64,000 nt of DNA from Chrysemys picta bellii (lineage: Eukaryota). Under the pieces are notes generated by a model. That model was not told the DNA's origin. It saw nothing but the letters and a program-made list of their open reading frames with translations, and ran no database searches. Below are positions 1-12,520 of the stretch, piece by piece (position 1 is the stretch's first letter; each line of letters begins with the position of its first letter). The position numbers and the translations under genes are program-made. The stretch spans positions 112,716,001-112,780,000 of the forward strand of contig NC_088794.1 in NCBI RefSeq assembly GCF_011386835.1. Direction: 5' to 3'.

Positions 1-3000
1 TTGCACCTTTGGCTGAAACAGAGGTGGTTTCCCACCCATGGGGGCTGTCACACATGGATAGGTTTCATAGAGGTGGCAGGGCAGAGAGACACTGCAATAC
101 TGGACTGCAGTCTGTCTGTGGTATGCAGCAGCACCCACCCCCAGCTACTGACAAAGGGAAGGGAAGCTACTGCCTGTTAGAAATAACCCCAACTGGAGGA
201 GCCAGAGGTGCTTGTACATTTATTATTAGTGCCTCCAGGTCTCTCGTGTGCTGAGCACTGTATAAACATAGGTAGAGAGAGTCCTTGCACTGACAAGCTC
301 ACAATCAAAGGGACACACAACTCATCATAGCAAGTGTCTGTCAGAGAGCTGATTTTTTTCCCAAAAATAAATTATTTAATATACTGTGAATGGGGTGATA
401 AATCTGCTCACTCCCTGTCCCTGGAGAAAAGTGGGGTCTGGCTGGTGAAATGGGATCACAGCCAGCAGGTGGTGCTCTGATAAAGGGAGACGGGAAGTGC
501 AGCTGGTGTTTAAAATGCACAGTTCCCTCCTCAGCAGCCCCTGCCTATCCGATAGTCTCTCTGCACTGCTTGCTAGGAAAGCTGTGCCTTAACGCTGCCT
601 GTCTACAGTGGGGAAATAGCAAAGCCTTCCTCCCCTGAGAACCCGATGCTTTCTGGTACCCCCTACTTCCCTCTGCCACCGGGTCCTTCTGTGTATGCAG
701 AGAGGAAGCTCAGGCCCATGGAAGAGTGGCTGGCAACCCTGGCAATCTGAGGTTCTGGTTCCTGTGGGCCCACGAAGCCTGTGGCTAGAGAGTTTGGCCT
801 GGTCCCTGTTAGGACTTACCCTTGAGGGGTTGCCTTCAATAGGCCCAGCAGGGTATCACAAGTGGGACTGAAATGGGCCCTAAGTCAGGGGTTAAAATAA
901 GAGAGGTGGTGGAGGTCCAACTCAGCCTCCCACTCCTGTACTAAAAGCCCCCTCCTCTCTCTGCCGTGGGGCAGCAGCATTCCCCCCTCAACTCCCCTGC
1001 TCCTTGGCTGGTGGGGTGCAAACCCTTCCCCCACATCCTGTTTCAATCTACTATAGCCCTTGCCCCAAGTCCCACTGGTAGAGAGGGCCTGCCCACCTAG
1101 GATCTGACTCCTGTTGGTGCCAAGCCCTGGGGAGACTTATTCTGGTACTGCTCCTGCCCCCCCGCCGCCCAAGCCTGAGACGCAGACACCCCTGGAGATA
1201 GCTGGGGTTGTAGGAAAAGGCCTGCCTTCCTCCTCCTACTCCTTGCACTGCAGCAGTTGTCCCCATCCCACCCCTAACCCTGGTGCTGCAACATCTTCTC
1301 TGGCTTCCCCGCCCCCATCCCTGGCACAGACTGAATCAGTGCAGGATCAGCAAACTCAGGTGGAGGGCTGGTGCAACTAGTCCTGGGGTTCGTTCTACCA
1401 GCTTGGTCCATGAGGAGCAACCAGTGTTAGTAGGCCGGTAGATCTTGGATCCAGAGCAGTTGCCAGTAGGAAAGGTGAGCAGCCCTCCACCGGGGTAGGG
1501 ACCTGGGATCCAGGGATGGGAGAGCACTCCCCCAAGACAGAGGGATGGGCGAAGCTATTGCAGGAAGTGCTGCATTTGCTCTGATCACTGAGGTTGTGTG
1601 TGTGTGTGTGTATGTGAGAAAGAGAGAGACACACATACACAGTAATTAGCTCCCAGTGACTTCTCATCAGTGAATTCCTCTGAGGGAGTGAGCTGGTAAT
1701 TACTCCAGAATGATTATCCATGTCTCTGAACTGTGCCTAGAGGCTGGGAGATCAGCTGTTTCCCCTCAGCGGCAGTGGCAGCAGCAGCTGTGAAATTGAA
1801 ATCAAGATTAAGTGGTATTTTCCCTCAGCTAGACAAAGGAAGAGAGCAAGAGAGGGTGGGTTGTCTGACACTCAGCCTAATAAAGCACAGGTCCCACTCT
1901 AGGCACCAGTGGCCGAGCCTACTCAGCATCAGGGCCAAGGCTCAGAAATACATGCACCCCAGAGATCAGGGGCATGGTATGTACAACATATTGCCTGAGT
2001 AGATGAGCCTAGTGGTGCTCCATCTGCTTTTATAATCAGACCCTGAGAGCAACCAGATGCTTCTGGGGAAGATACAAGAAACCCCCATGATGGACAATTA
2101 TGCAACCCCCTGCCCAGAGGGGAAGCTTCTTTTAAACTTGCATCAGGCAGTGGTTGGTTTATCCCTGAAGCAGGTGGTTTATATGCCATACACATATTTA
2201 TCCTATCAGATATAGTTGCGGGTGGCTTCATGGTGCTTACCTGGTCCTTTGGGAATCCTGCTAAATTCTTGCCCGCACTATGCTCTTGCAGCAGTGAGTT
2301 CCACAGATTAATCATGAGTTGTGTTAACTAAATTATTTCTTTCATCAGTTTCATATTTGTCACCCACCCTTCTCTCGTCCCAGAGCCTGTCACCGACCCT
2401 GTAATAGGGGAGGCTGGAGAGCTATCGGTGGCCAGTTCCTCTGATATAGCCTTACGTAAAGGGGCCAGAGGGCAATGGGGCCCACAACTTAAGATCAGGA
2501 GAGTTCTAGTTTGTAATGTGTAAACACAGATTTCTTTTCCACGCTGACTTGTTGCAGATTCAATTTTCAGCTTCTGTGACTTTCCTTCACTGCAAGCTCC
2601 TGCTCGAGCAGGATGAAATAGAGTTGGGGAGTCTGCCTTGGCTTCGTGTCTCACATAGCCAAAAGACTGGAATTGGTGCCATCGCTGCACTGTTCTCTCC
2701 TTGCATTTCAGGGGACACACCTGGAGCAACTGAAGTGCCCTGGGGACTGTGTGCCAGACGACTGGGTCTGAGATGCTAATTTCAACATCCTCCTAGCCTC
2801 AGCACATCTTAAGGAAAGTACAAAACCTTCCTGCTGCTCCTGAACCTCACTGGGGTTCACTCCTCCACTGCCATCAAGCAGCAAGGTCACAAATAGGAGC
2901 CCTTGTAGGTCCATTAATTTTGCACTCAAGATTTAATAGCTGACTTCTTTAAAGACTAACGTCCATAAAGCCATGTTGATCTCAGTCTGCTGAGAGATTC

Positions 3001-3145
3001 GGTTTCCTAAGTGCCTGGCCCCACTTGGGGGAGGTCAAGGCTGTAAGAGCAGCCAAGTTGGAGGTCAGAGCCAAGGGGTAGCGCAGTGTGTAGGTTGGTG
3101 CCAAGTGGGGGGGCAAGGCAAGACTGGCCTTGGGAGGGAAGTGGC

Positions 3146-3269
3146 TAGGGTGACCAGATGTCCCGATTTTATAGGGACAGTCCCGATTTTGGGATCTTTT
3201 TCTTTCTATAGGCTCCTATTACCCCCAACCCCCATCCCGATTTTTCACATTTGCTGTCTGGTCACCCTA
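3146..3269. mobile_element. hAT-type MITE (TAGGGTGACCA...TGGTCACCCTA)
   Basis: Terminal inverted repeats; perfect 8-bp TSD gaagtggc (3138-3145, 3270-3277). Confidence 0.9.
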
Positions 3270-3378
3270 GAAGTGGCCAAGGCAGAGGCTGGGAGTTTAA
3301 CCCCAGCTGTATATTTTGAAGGAGGGGGTGAGATTGCAGGGTACACAGGATCAGGGAAGATGTTCCAGGCACTGCAAT

Positions 3379-3614
3379 CAGGGCCGGCTCCAGGGTTTTT
3401 GCCGCCCCAAGCGGCCGGGGGGGGGGGGGGGGGGGACGGGGAAGAATTGCGATCGGCAGCAGCTCCACCCCGCTGCTTTCTTCTTCGGGGGCAATTCGGC
3501 AGCAGGTCCTTCCCTCCAAGAGGGACTGAGGGACCTGCCGCCGAAGAGCTCAACGTGCCGCCCCTTCCCCTTAGCCGCCCCAAGCTCCTGCTTGCTGAGC
3601 TGGTGCCGGCCCTG
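3379..3614. mobile_element. GC-rich hAT-type MITE (CAGGGCCGGC TIR)
   Basis: TIRs cagggccggc/gccggccctg; perfect 8-bp TSD actgcaat (3371-3378, 3615-3622). Confidence 0.9.
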
Positions 3615-4040
3615 ACTGCAATCAAGAATGACAGATCTGCCCTAAGTCTGGCTGTGGGCCAGGTGTCTCGGGGGAGGGGGAGGAAGAGGGGTATAGGGCA
3701 GACAAATAAATATTTGGGACTATTGGCTGCTGAGAATGGCTGGAGTACAGTGCAGACTAGCTAGCCCTCCCCCAGGCCCTGCCTTCCCCCAGCCTACACC
3801 AACACTGAAGGCTGTGCGGGGCCAGCGTAGAGTTGTTGTGCCAGCTCTAAGCACAGAGTGGAAAAGCCCTGTTTTGGGGCAGGCCCTGGGGGCCAATTCC
3901 ACCTACGACCCAGTGCTTTTGTGACATCAGAGCAAAATAAACCAGCATAGAGGAGCAGAAAATCAGCGCAAGTATCTCCTACAGGAGAAAGCCTGTCAGA
4001 GCAAGTGGGCACAAGAATGTGCCCTCTCCTAATGGGTTCG

Positions 4041-4826
4041 ATAGAATCATAGAATATCAGAGTTGGAAGGGACCTCAAGAGGTCATCTAGTCCAACCCCC
4101 TGCTCAAAGCAGGACCAATTCCCAGCTAAATCATCCCAGCCAGGGCTTTGTCAAGCCGGGCCTTAAAAACCTCCAAGGAAGGAGACTCCACCACCTCCCT
4201 AGGTAACGCATTCCAGTGTTTCACCACCCTCCTAGTGAAATAGTTTTTCCTGATATCCAACCTGGACCTCCCCCACTGCAACTTGAGACCATTGCTCCTT
4301 GTTCTGTCATCTGCCACCACTGAGAACAGCCGAGCTCCATCCTCTTTGGAACCCCCCTTCAGGTAGTTGAAGGCTGCTATCAAATCCCCCCTCATTCTTC
4401 TCTTCTGGAGACTAAACAATCCCAGTTCCCTCAGCCTCTCCTCATAAGTCATGTGCTCCAGACCCCTAATCATTTTTGTTGCCCTCCACTGGACTCTTTC
4501 CAATTTTTCCACATCCTTCTTGTAGTGTGGGGCCCAAAACTGGACACAGTATTCCAGATGAGGCCTCACCAATGTCGAATAAAGGGGAACGATCACGTTC
4601 CTCGATCTGCTGGCAGTGCCCCATCTTATACAGCCCAAAATGCCGTTAGCCTTCTTGGCAACAAGAGCACACTGTTGACTCATATCCAGCTTCTCGTCCA
4701 CTGTGACCCCTAGGTCCTTTTCTGCAAACTGCTACCTAGCCATTCGGTCCCTAGTCTGTAGCAGTGCATGGGATTCTTCCGTCCTAAGTGCAGGACTCTG
4801 CACTTGTCCTTGTTGAACCTCATCAG
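4041..4826 (-). mobile_element. CR1 LINE 3' fragment (young, 5'-truncated)
   Basis: Uninterrupted 191-aa ORF2 C-terminus ([13 protein letters not shown]...[13 protein letters not shown]...LDIRKNYF); CR1 3'UTR and (TTCTATGA)-type tail at 4041-4056. Confidence 0.95.
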
Positions 4827-7800
4827 GCAGAAGGTCTTTATGGCATGGACCCACCTCTCACAGGCAGATCCTTGGTGTATGCCATTTGAAAGCCCAGATG
4901 GTAGCCTAGCAGGCAGGCTTTACGGTCAATCCATCCTTTGAGGAAGATGGTGCTAGCCCAGCAGAACTCCACTGAGCTTCAGGCTTTGCTTGAGGAAACC
5001 ACTGCTTGACATTCTGGAACGATCCACTTCTCCAACAGTCTTGTGAGCATCCCTTTTTGGGAAAGGTGCTACCTGAGCAGCTCTAAGGGCCTCTGAATAG
5101 AAGAGCAATTGTTAGTAACTGTCACCTTAGGGTCAGGCCCCAGTCAGCCATGAGGCTCATGCTGCTGTACCTGACAGATGGCTTTGGCACTGGAAAGGAG
5201 AGCTCTCCAGAGGGAGACCGGTAGATTTATCAACTGCTGTCGCTACTGGTGGTGGTGATACAGTGCAGGTCTAGTTGCATGCACTTGCAAACAGGCCCAG
5301 GTTCGCTCCCAGGGGGTTTGGTTCATGTCTTGTGGGAGGATGTCAGACAATGGTGATGAATAATGGCTCACTGGCCCCCCCCAGAGAGCCTCCCGGATGG
5401 AACTGCACAGGGGTAAGGGCTGTCCACTGACAGATGTAAGGCAGCCTGGTCTGGCCTGTGCTTATGAGATAGCCACCACCAGGGCCCACGCTTCCCAAAA
5501 GGCTCTACTTCTACCTATGCATTAGCACTCCAAGCTGTGGGCTCAAGCCCATTCGCAGCAGGACCCACTTCCTGGAATCATGCATAAACCTCTCCTCTTT
5601 ACAGCCCTCTAAGGAACCCCCTCCTATAAGAAGACATCTCACAAACCCCTAGAAAATCTTGCTCACACATGGCTGAGCTCTCCCCTGCTCTTCATCAGTA
5701 GCTATGTTACAATCTCCCTCCCTCACCTTTTTTATTTCTCTTGTTGAAGAATGGCTGAGATGCCCTGTTTGAGTCCCTGTTAAACACCCCCCTCCCATGG
5801 TCTTTATTCCCCCCTAAGTATTTCCCCCCCCAATAGATTTATAAAAATCCTTCCTACATCCTGGGCCACTCTGACAACATTAACTACTTCTGCTTTTCTG
5901 ATCTTCTCTCTGCAGCTTTCCCTGATTTGGAGGGTTCCCATGTGAGTGACAGCCCCTTCTCCAGTGCCAGTACTGGTTCCAGATCCTTGAGCCAACCCTA
6001 GGCCAGCCACATTGGCTGCTTCTGGTTCCTCTCATTCCTCTTTTCCAGAGGACCTGCAGTTAGTTTCTCCTCTGTTATAGGGACTGTTAGGATTCCACAG
6101 CCACCTTCTCCCACACTGGTGGATTGTAAGGGCCTCCTTTTGGACCTTACTAGATTTTTAGTGCCAACATCTGCCTTCCTGGAATCTAATGCTGTTGTAC
6201 TGCTATATACAATGACCAATCCCTTCCACATGCCCAACTCAAGTAGCACATGGACTCTGGATACACCGGTCACTGGTTCCCTGTGCTCACCTGATCCCTC
6301 CCTTTCAGCAAGGGGCAGATCCAGAAAGCCTTTTCCTGGAGTCTGGGTTCTGGATCATAGGACTGGTCTTGCCGCAAGAACAACTTTGATAATCCTTATT
6401 GATTTCTGTCACTCATCCAGATGCCTGGACTGTTAAAAGCCCCCATGACTATTGTTCCCTGCAGTATGGAGCTGCTTGAAAGTTGATCCAGGAAGCTCTC
6501 TCACTCGTGGGAACGGGGAGATGTGAAGCTGATGCCCAAGGTCGCTCGTCCTTTACTGTACGTTCCTTGTATCTTTGCCTCCAATTCCCCTGCGTTATCA
6601 CATTATGACTCATTGGCTTTGACACACGGCCTTCTTTCTACCTCTTCTACTTTTCCTCTCTCCCTGTAGAGGTTTTTTTCTATCAATATTAATAGCCCAT
6701 TTATGGGATTTATAGCACCAGATCTCACTTACTCCCACGAGGTACTAAAGGATGGTGACAGCGACAAGTATCACTTTCAATTCATCTTACTTATTTCCAA
6801 GAGGGATCGCAAAGTGCTTCGCAGACTTTGTGCATAATCGATAAAGGGCTTGTCTTCCTGGGCTGCAGAACACACCAGCTGTCTGGCATCCCTGCAGCAA
6901 CACTGCAGGACATCTGAGGACAGGAACTGAAGAGGAATCGTGTATTCAGTAGAAACTGTAGGGGGAGTTGAGGGAGCAGAATGGAATTAGCCCAGAATGG
7001 AATTTGGCCTGGATCCCAGGGTTAACACTTTGTGAACCTACAATTCTGGGGCCATGGTTGGGGTCTGAAGGTTGGGTGAGGGCTCCAGCAGTAGCAACAG
7101 ACCCATCCCCTCTGCTTTTCCCAGCCAGCCTTATCAGCTTGCCATGCAAGGCTGCTGAGGAATGTGCAGCTATTTATGCTCATCCTCCCATTGCTGGAGA
7201 TGACACTGTCTGGGGTTTGCGGCAACTCACCCCCATAAAGCATGAATTCTCCAGATACAGAATCTCAGCTCTCCAGGACTCCCTCTGCCCTTGGTGTCTG
7301 CTTCCTAGGCCTCGTTTCCTTTTCCCCTCTCTGCGGTTGGTTTCTGTTTCCATTTCCCATCCTAAATTCCAGTCTAAATTCCATCCAGTGTCAGTTTTTG
7401 TTCCCAGTTCACATCCCTCTGGTTTCGAATCCCCATCCTCATCTCTGGTCATTGTTTCCAATCCCCAGCCCAATATCAGACTCTCCAACTTGGTTTCAAT
7501 GTGACAAACCTGCATTCTCCCCCTGCCAGCTCAGGCCCAGTTTGTCTTCTTCCTCGGTCTGCTGTAACGAGATGATGTTTTATTGCCCGGCCAGCCTGGA
7601 GGGACGTGGACAGAGGAGTACTCCTGGCAGTAATGATCAGTTGTGGGCACTTTTTATTTATTGAGGTAGTTTGTGGCTGAGTGGAGTCTAATTGGGGGGA
7701 AAAACATAACCTGTGATGTATCCCTGTCACACTGAACTCTCATTGAGCTGACGGGAGAGAGATGAATTTCAAACAGGCCCAGCTGCTCCTCACTTTGCTG

Positions 7801-9168
7801 TCAACCCTGGGCCAATAAATCTCTCCCTTCACATGTGTGGAATAAGATTTAGTTCAAGTGTCACCTGAAATCCCTCACAGCCTGGTACTTAAAAACACAA
7901 ACCCCAGCAAAGCAGGAAATGAAAATAGTAAAAGGAGATTAAAATGCAGAAGCTGGAGGACTGTAAAACCCACACAGAGGAGCCCTCCTGCCTGGGTCTG
8001 ATTTAGGGGCTGTTCTCAATCACTGACGCACTTAATTCACATTCATCCACGTTTGTCATGCTACTCAGAAACCAGCCAGACTCGGTGCAGGGACTGAGAG
8101 ATAAGAGCCTTCTATGCAGCACATGGCACCGGGTTCACCACATGCCAGGAGGAGAGGCTTGCAGAACACAAGATTTGTCAGAGCACTGGCCTATCCAGTG
8201 CTGGATCCTGCCTCTAGCAGGGGGTCAATGACTGGGCCAACATTTTCCGTGTGACTACTGCCATTAGGCATCTACATGCCTATTTAGACATAAATAAGTG
8301 AGGTGATTATCAGAAGTGTTGAGTACCCACAGCTCGCATTAGGGTCCCTGAACATGGAGCACACTGCACAGTTCAGGTCTCCTCGATAGCAGAACTGATG
8401 TTTTCAGACAGATCAGCAGGGAAGCTCAGAGAAGATCAGCAAACAGAGGCTGGCAAGGGGGGACTCAATTGATAAAGGTGATTGGAAGACCTAAGAGATG
8501 GCTATGGGAGGGCAGGAGAACCTTTTCGAGACATGTGACCAGTGCTTCTGTGCTACAGGTGCTCCTGCCTTCGTGCTGGCAAGAGCAGGGTTGCCTTTGC
8601 CCCAACCCCACCTCTCATCAGAGCAGTTGATGAGCAGCTGATTGAGAAACTGGATGATGCAGAGAACATCCCACTTGTCAAAGCCTGGCTATGATGCGGT
8701 CTTTGTCTCCAGCGTCCACTGGTGAAAAACGCAAAGCCTATGTTCTCCTTAGTGAACATTACAAGTCACTCTAGAGACAGCCCTAAAGCATCGTTCTGCT
8801 TAATTGGGGTCACTCTCAAATCCAAATACAAAAGCTGGGATTCTACCCCAGACTGTGTGAGAGGTCCTATTCCTTCCGCTAGTCCTGACACTCAAACACC
8901 TCTCATCCAGACGTACTTTGTTGTTTATTTGCAAGCTATAATTAGCGCTTCTTCCCATTAATCAAGGCAGTGGGGTTGTGTTCTCGCGCTCTGGTTCTGT
9001 TTCAGTTTTTTCAGAGCTAGTTGCTTGTTTCTGAGCCACATCTATGGCAGTAGCCCTTGGAGTCCGCAGCAGGGCTTCAACTTTTTGGAACCCCACCTCA
9101 CGTTGTGCGATTGGGGCCACAAAATAGACCTCATGCTTTTTCTACTACACCTGTACATTTATTACAAG

Positions 9169-9505
9169 TAGAACCAGTCAGCAAATTTGATGGAAGTTTT
9201 CTATCAAAAAAAGGTAGTTTTGACTAAATATTTTGTGGGAACGTGTCTATTTTGACAAATGTTTTAAACTTTTTCCCTTCAAAACCTTGTTTCAACTGTA
9301 TCATTTTGATTAGTTTTGGCTAAAATTGACTTAATATTCAATATAATAAAATTAACATGAAATGTTTTAATGGTTCCAAATAACCAAGGTTTTGGAAGGT
9401 GTTTTGTGGGACATTGCAGCTTCTCATACTGATTTGGAACTAATTTTGTTTCAAAAATGTTGGAATTTCTTGCCAAATAGAAATTCAGGTTCCCAACCAG
9501 CTCTA
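9169..9505. mobile_element. Degenerate AT-rich non-autonomous DNA element
   Basis: Ends tagaaccagtc.../...accagctcta resemble imperfect TIRs; T-run-rich interior similar to about 41230-41610. No TSD recognised. Confidence 0.4.
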
Positions 9506-9879
9506 ATCACCCTGCGTCTGAAGACGACTGCATTTTTAGAAGAAAAAAAAATAATATATGGAGTAACTGAAGCCACTTTAATTCCCCAGCCTGGGAGGGA
9601 AGCTGGCAGAGACCTGCTGGAGAAGGCTGTAGCACTTCCAAAATTTCTTGGAAGCAAGTGGTATTGCTCAGAAATCTGAGAGAGTGAAACACAAGGGTGT
9701 CCAGGGCAAGTCTAAAAGCATTGAGGACTTGCAATCCAGTCCAGTGGTAGCATGGAGGAGACTGCAAACTGCCAGACAAAAATAATTCAAACATATCCAC
9801 AATACTGTGACCCACAGAAGAAGATCACTTGGCATAGGCACCTTTTCTTTACAAAAAACCCAATAGCCAGATGAAATAA

Positions 9880-10330
9880 TTGAGCCTTATAGTACAAGCC
9901 TACCTACCTAATAAAGCTCAGCTAAGCCATGAAAACCTCGTTAACAGATGAGCTAATCAGAGTGGTATAACTGATGAACAGGTCAAAGCAAGGAGATTGT
10001 GAGAGGCGGACTTGACTTTCCAAAGAACAGTAGGTATTTGTGAGGCTAGTGAGAGCTGTGCTTCTCAATGAAAACGTTAATAAGCAGTGAAAGGATGAAA
10101 GTGAATCCAGTGAAGCATGCACACAAAGGCAGAAAGACACAATACAAGGGTAAACAAATGACAGGGACCAATTTGTTTGCAATGAATGTAGAAGCCATTG
10201 CAATACACTGTGTCCAGCACAAAGGCTGCAACAGCATGTAGTGCAACACTTAATGAACTGGGATTCATCAAATCCATAATAATCCCAGTCGGTGCCAACA
10301 ACAATATATCAACACCTAACATTTCATTTA
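9880..10330 (+). pseudogene. Decayed Ty3/Gypsy-like gag fragment
   Basis: Frame from 9958 reads QSGITDEQVKARRL*EADLTFQRTVGICEASESCASQ*, resembling the Gypsy gag motif GIxDxxxxxxLLxExDLTLxKAIxICxAxE. Contains in-frame stops. Confidence 0.5.
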
Positions 10331-10706
10331 GCAGCGAAGAAAGGTAAAAGCAAAATTTGACCAGATGGTAAAATTAAATGTAATAAAAACCAAATGAGTT
10401 AAGTGGACTACTGTTAATTTAAAAAACATAACAAAACACCACACCACTTGAGGTGCCGCACAACACATCCCCTAGCAGCGTACTAAGCCTCATAAGTCAC
10501 TTTGTTCACCAGGAGACTCCAAATGAGTTAACAACGGCTAAGGGCCTGCAACCCATGAATGGCTCCTTTTGGCTATTTGCATTATAGCAGAGCAGCAGCT
10601 CTGTACGTTTGAGTCACTTGCTGTTTAAAAGATGAGAATTTTAAGGGCTCTTAAGAGGCAACTGGCCAACCGGGGACTTGGATGGTCTTGACATTTGCTA
10701 TGCCTC

Positions 10707-11097
10707 ACAAGGCCGGCTCCAGGCACCAGGCACCCAAGCACATGCTTGGGGCAGCACCTGGTAAGGGGCGGCGGGGGGAGCACGGCGCGGCATTCCGCGG
10801 GGGGGGGCGTTCCGGCGGGGCGGCGCTCGGCGGGCGGCCCTCGGTGTGGGGGGGCGGGGCGCTCGGGGGGGGGTTCCGGCAGCACTTGGCGGGGGGGGGG
10901 CTCCAGCGGCATGGCGCTCGGTGGGGGGGTGTTCCGGTGGCGCTTGGCGGGGGGGGGCGGGCTCCGGCAGCACAGCGCTCGGCGGGGGGGGGGGGTAGCG
11001 TTGGGGGGGTGGCGCGGCACGGCGCTCGGCGGGGGGCTCGGGGGGGTAGCGCTTTTTTTTGCTGCCTGGGGCCGCAAAAATGTTAGAGCCGGCCCTG
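10707..11097. mobile_element. GC-rich hAT-type MITE with internal G-run tandem repeats
   Basis: TIRs caaggccggctc/gagccggccctg; perfect 8-bp TSD atgcctca (10699-10706, 11098-11105). Confidence 0.9.
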
Positions 11098-11299
11098 ATG
11101 CCTCATAAGGATGTGGGGATAGGGTTAGTAGCCCAAAATTTGGGATCCTTTGAGCAAGAGGTTCCTGAAATATAATCCCCCTTAAAAAAAAAAAAAAAAA
11201 ATAGCTGTTTAGAAAATCACCTGGTTTGGGGTTTTTTTGTGTCCACTCCTGGGGCTCAACCTATTGCTCCAAATCCTCCCCGACCTGATCTCAGCTGCT

Positions 11300-11958
11300 T
11301 GTGATTTAGCTCAGCATCCACTGACTCCCCCTTTCAGGACACAGCAAAGATTCAGTCAGTGATCAGCATGCCCCCTCATGGCTGGGTGTGGCATAGCAGC
11401 TCAGCAGTCTCATGTACGGTCCACCTGCAGTTTAGACTGCTTGGTGGCCTGTTCTTTCTTGAAACTCAGTCCTTCAGCCAAGTCACCTGAAGCCACCTCA
11501 CCCCTTCAATAGCTTATCCCAAGTCTTCAGTCTCAGCCTGGGTACAAAACTGGCTTACACTGCCTGCCCTTCCTGCAGGGGCATGGGGAAAACCAGGCTC
11601 AACTTCTCCTCTGGGTTCCTGCCTAGGGCCCTTGCAATAAGCAGCTAGGCTTACAGTACCTTGCTGGATCCCTGGGCTGCTGCTTCCTACCTTTGTCAGT
11701 TTGCAGGCACCTGTTACAGAGCTGTACTCTCCAGTCCTCACTCCCTGGAATGTCACCTCTCTATACAGCTTCCTCCCACTTTGGTGCTAAGGCACTTTCT
11801 CCACTTGGATAGCTCCTAGCCCCTCTAGCACCACCATTCTGCAGCCTTTTATCCCAGCTGTGATTAATTGGCCAATTAGTCACAGCTTGAGAGGGAACTG
11901 ACTCATCTATTAACCCCTTCCTGGCTGCCACAAGATGAGGTCTATACATCCCATCACA
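11300..11958. mobile_element. Putative solo LTR
   Basis: TGTGAT...ATCACA ends; the right end (gaggtctatacatcccatcaca) resembles that of about 36540-37031 (ggggtctatataccctctcac). No TSD matched. Confidence 0.4.
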
Positions 11959-12162
11959 GGAAGCAATACTAAAAAATGCATTAAGGACAAAGTTTTGCAC
12001 TCCGGATCCGCAGGAGCTAAACTGACATGCCTAAAAGAGTGAAATGAACAAGTGCAGCAAGACTAGGTGTCTGCCAGAGCCTGAGGGTTTGCAGGCAGCT
12101 TGTTACAGTAACTGGGTAGCTCAGGCTGGGGTCCTTGAACCTGAGAAGAACCCATGCACTGA

Positions 12163-12520
12163 GGCCATGTCTACATCACAATATTAAGTTGACCTAACTT
12201 ACATGGGCATACAGCCGCTGCAGTAATTACATCACTTGGGCGTGTCTACATTTTGCATCCTCACCAGGAGCACTTGTATGGATAGCACTGATGGTATGGG
12301 GCATTATGGGATGACTCCTGAAAGCCAGTAATATTCTACATAAGCAACGCAATTCCATACTGATGCCGCTTCGACCTATCTACATTGACCTTGACTCTAC
12401 GCCGCTCATGGAGGTGGAGCAGTTACGTTGGCGGGAGTGAAATTTAAGTGTAGACACGTCCAGAGTTAGGTGGCCATAAGCTGCCTTGTGTCAACCTAAC
12501 TCTGTAGTGTAGACCAGACT
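12163..12520. mobile_element. PIF/Harbinger-type palindromic MITE
   Basis: ggccatgtctaca ... tgtagaccagact ends, internal GTGTAGAC/GTCTAC repeats, TGA/TAA flanks. Confidence 0.7.

Noticed and set aside
4829-6700. 1.9-kb stretch with several short ORFs; considered as endogenous virus, CR1 ORF1 or DIRS relic
   Set aside because: The frames I translated by hand gave no convincing motif. A tblastx search is needed before any claim.
8560-8700. Protein-like frame RAVDEQLIEKLDDAENIPLVKAWL after an acceptor-like site
   Set aside because: No recognisable homology, it ends in a stop, and there are no partner exons.
10570-10590. Octamer ATTTGCAT as an OCT4/SOX2 element
   Set aside because: No adjacent SOX half-site in the composite spacing; a single 8-mer is expected by chance in 64 kb.
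10625-11108. Pro/Gly/Arg-rich ORFs (also 3105-3764, 17880-18556, 35035-36296, 40170-40505)
   Set aside because: They arise from stop-poor GC-rich MITE interiors bounded by TIRs and TSDs.
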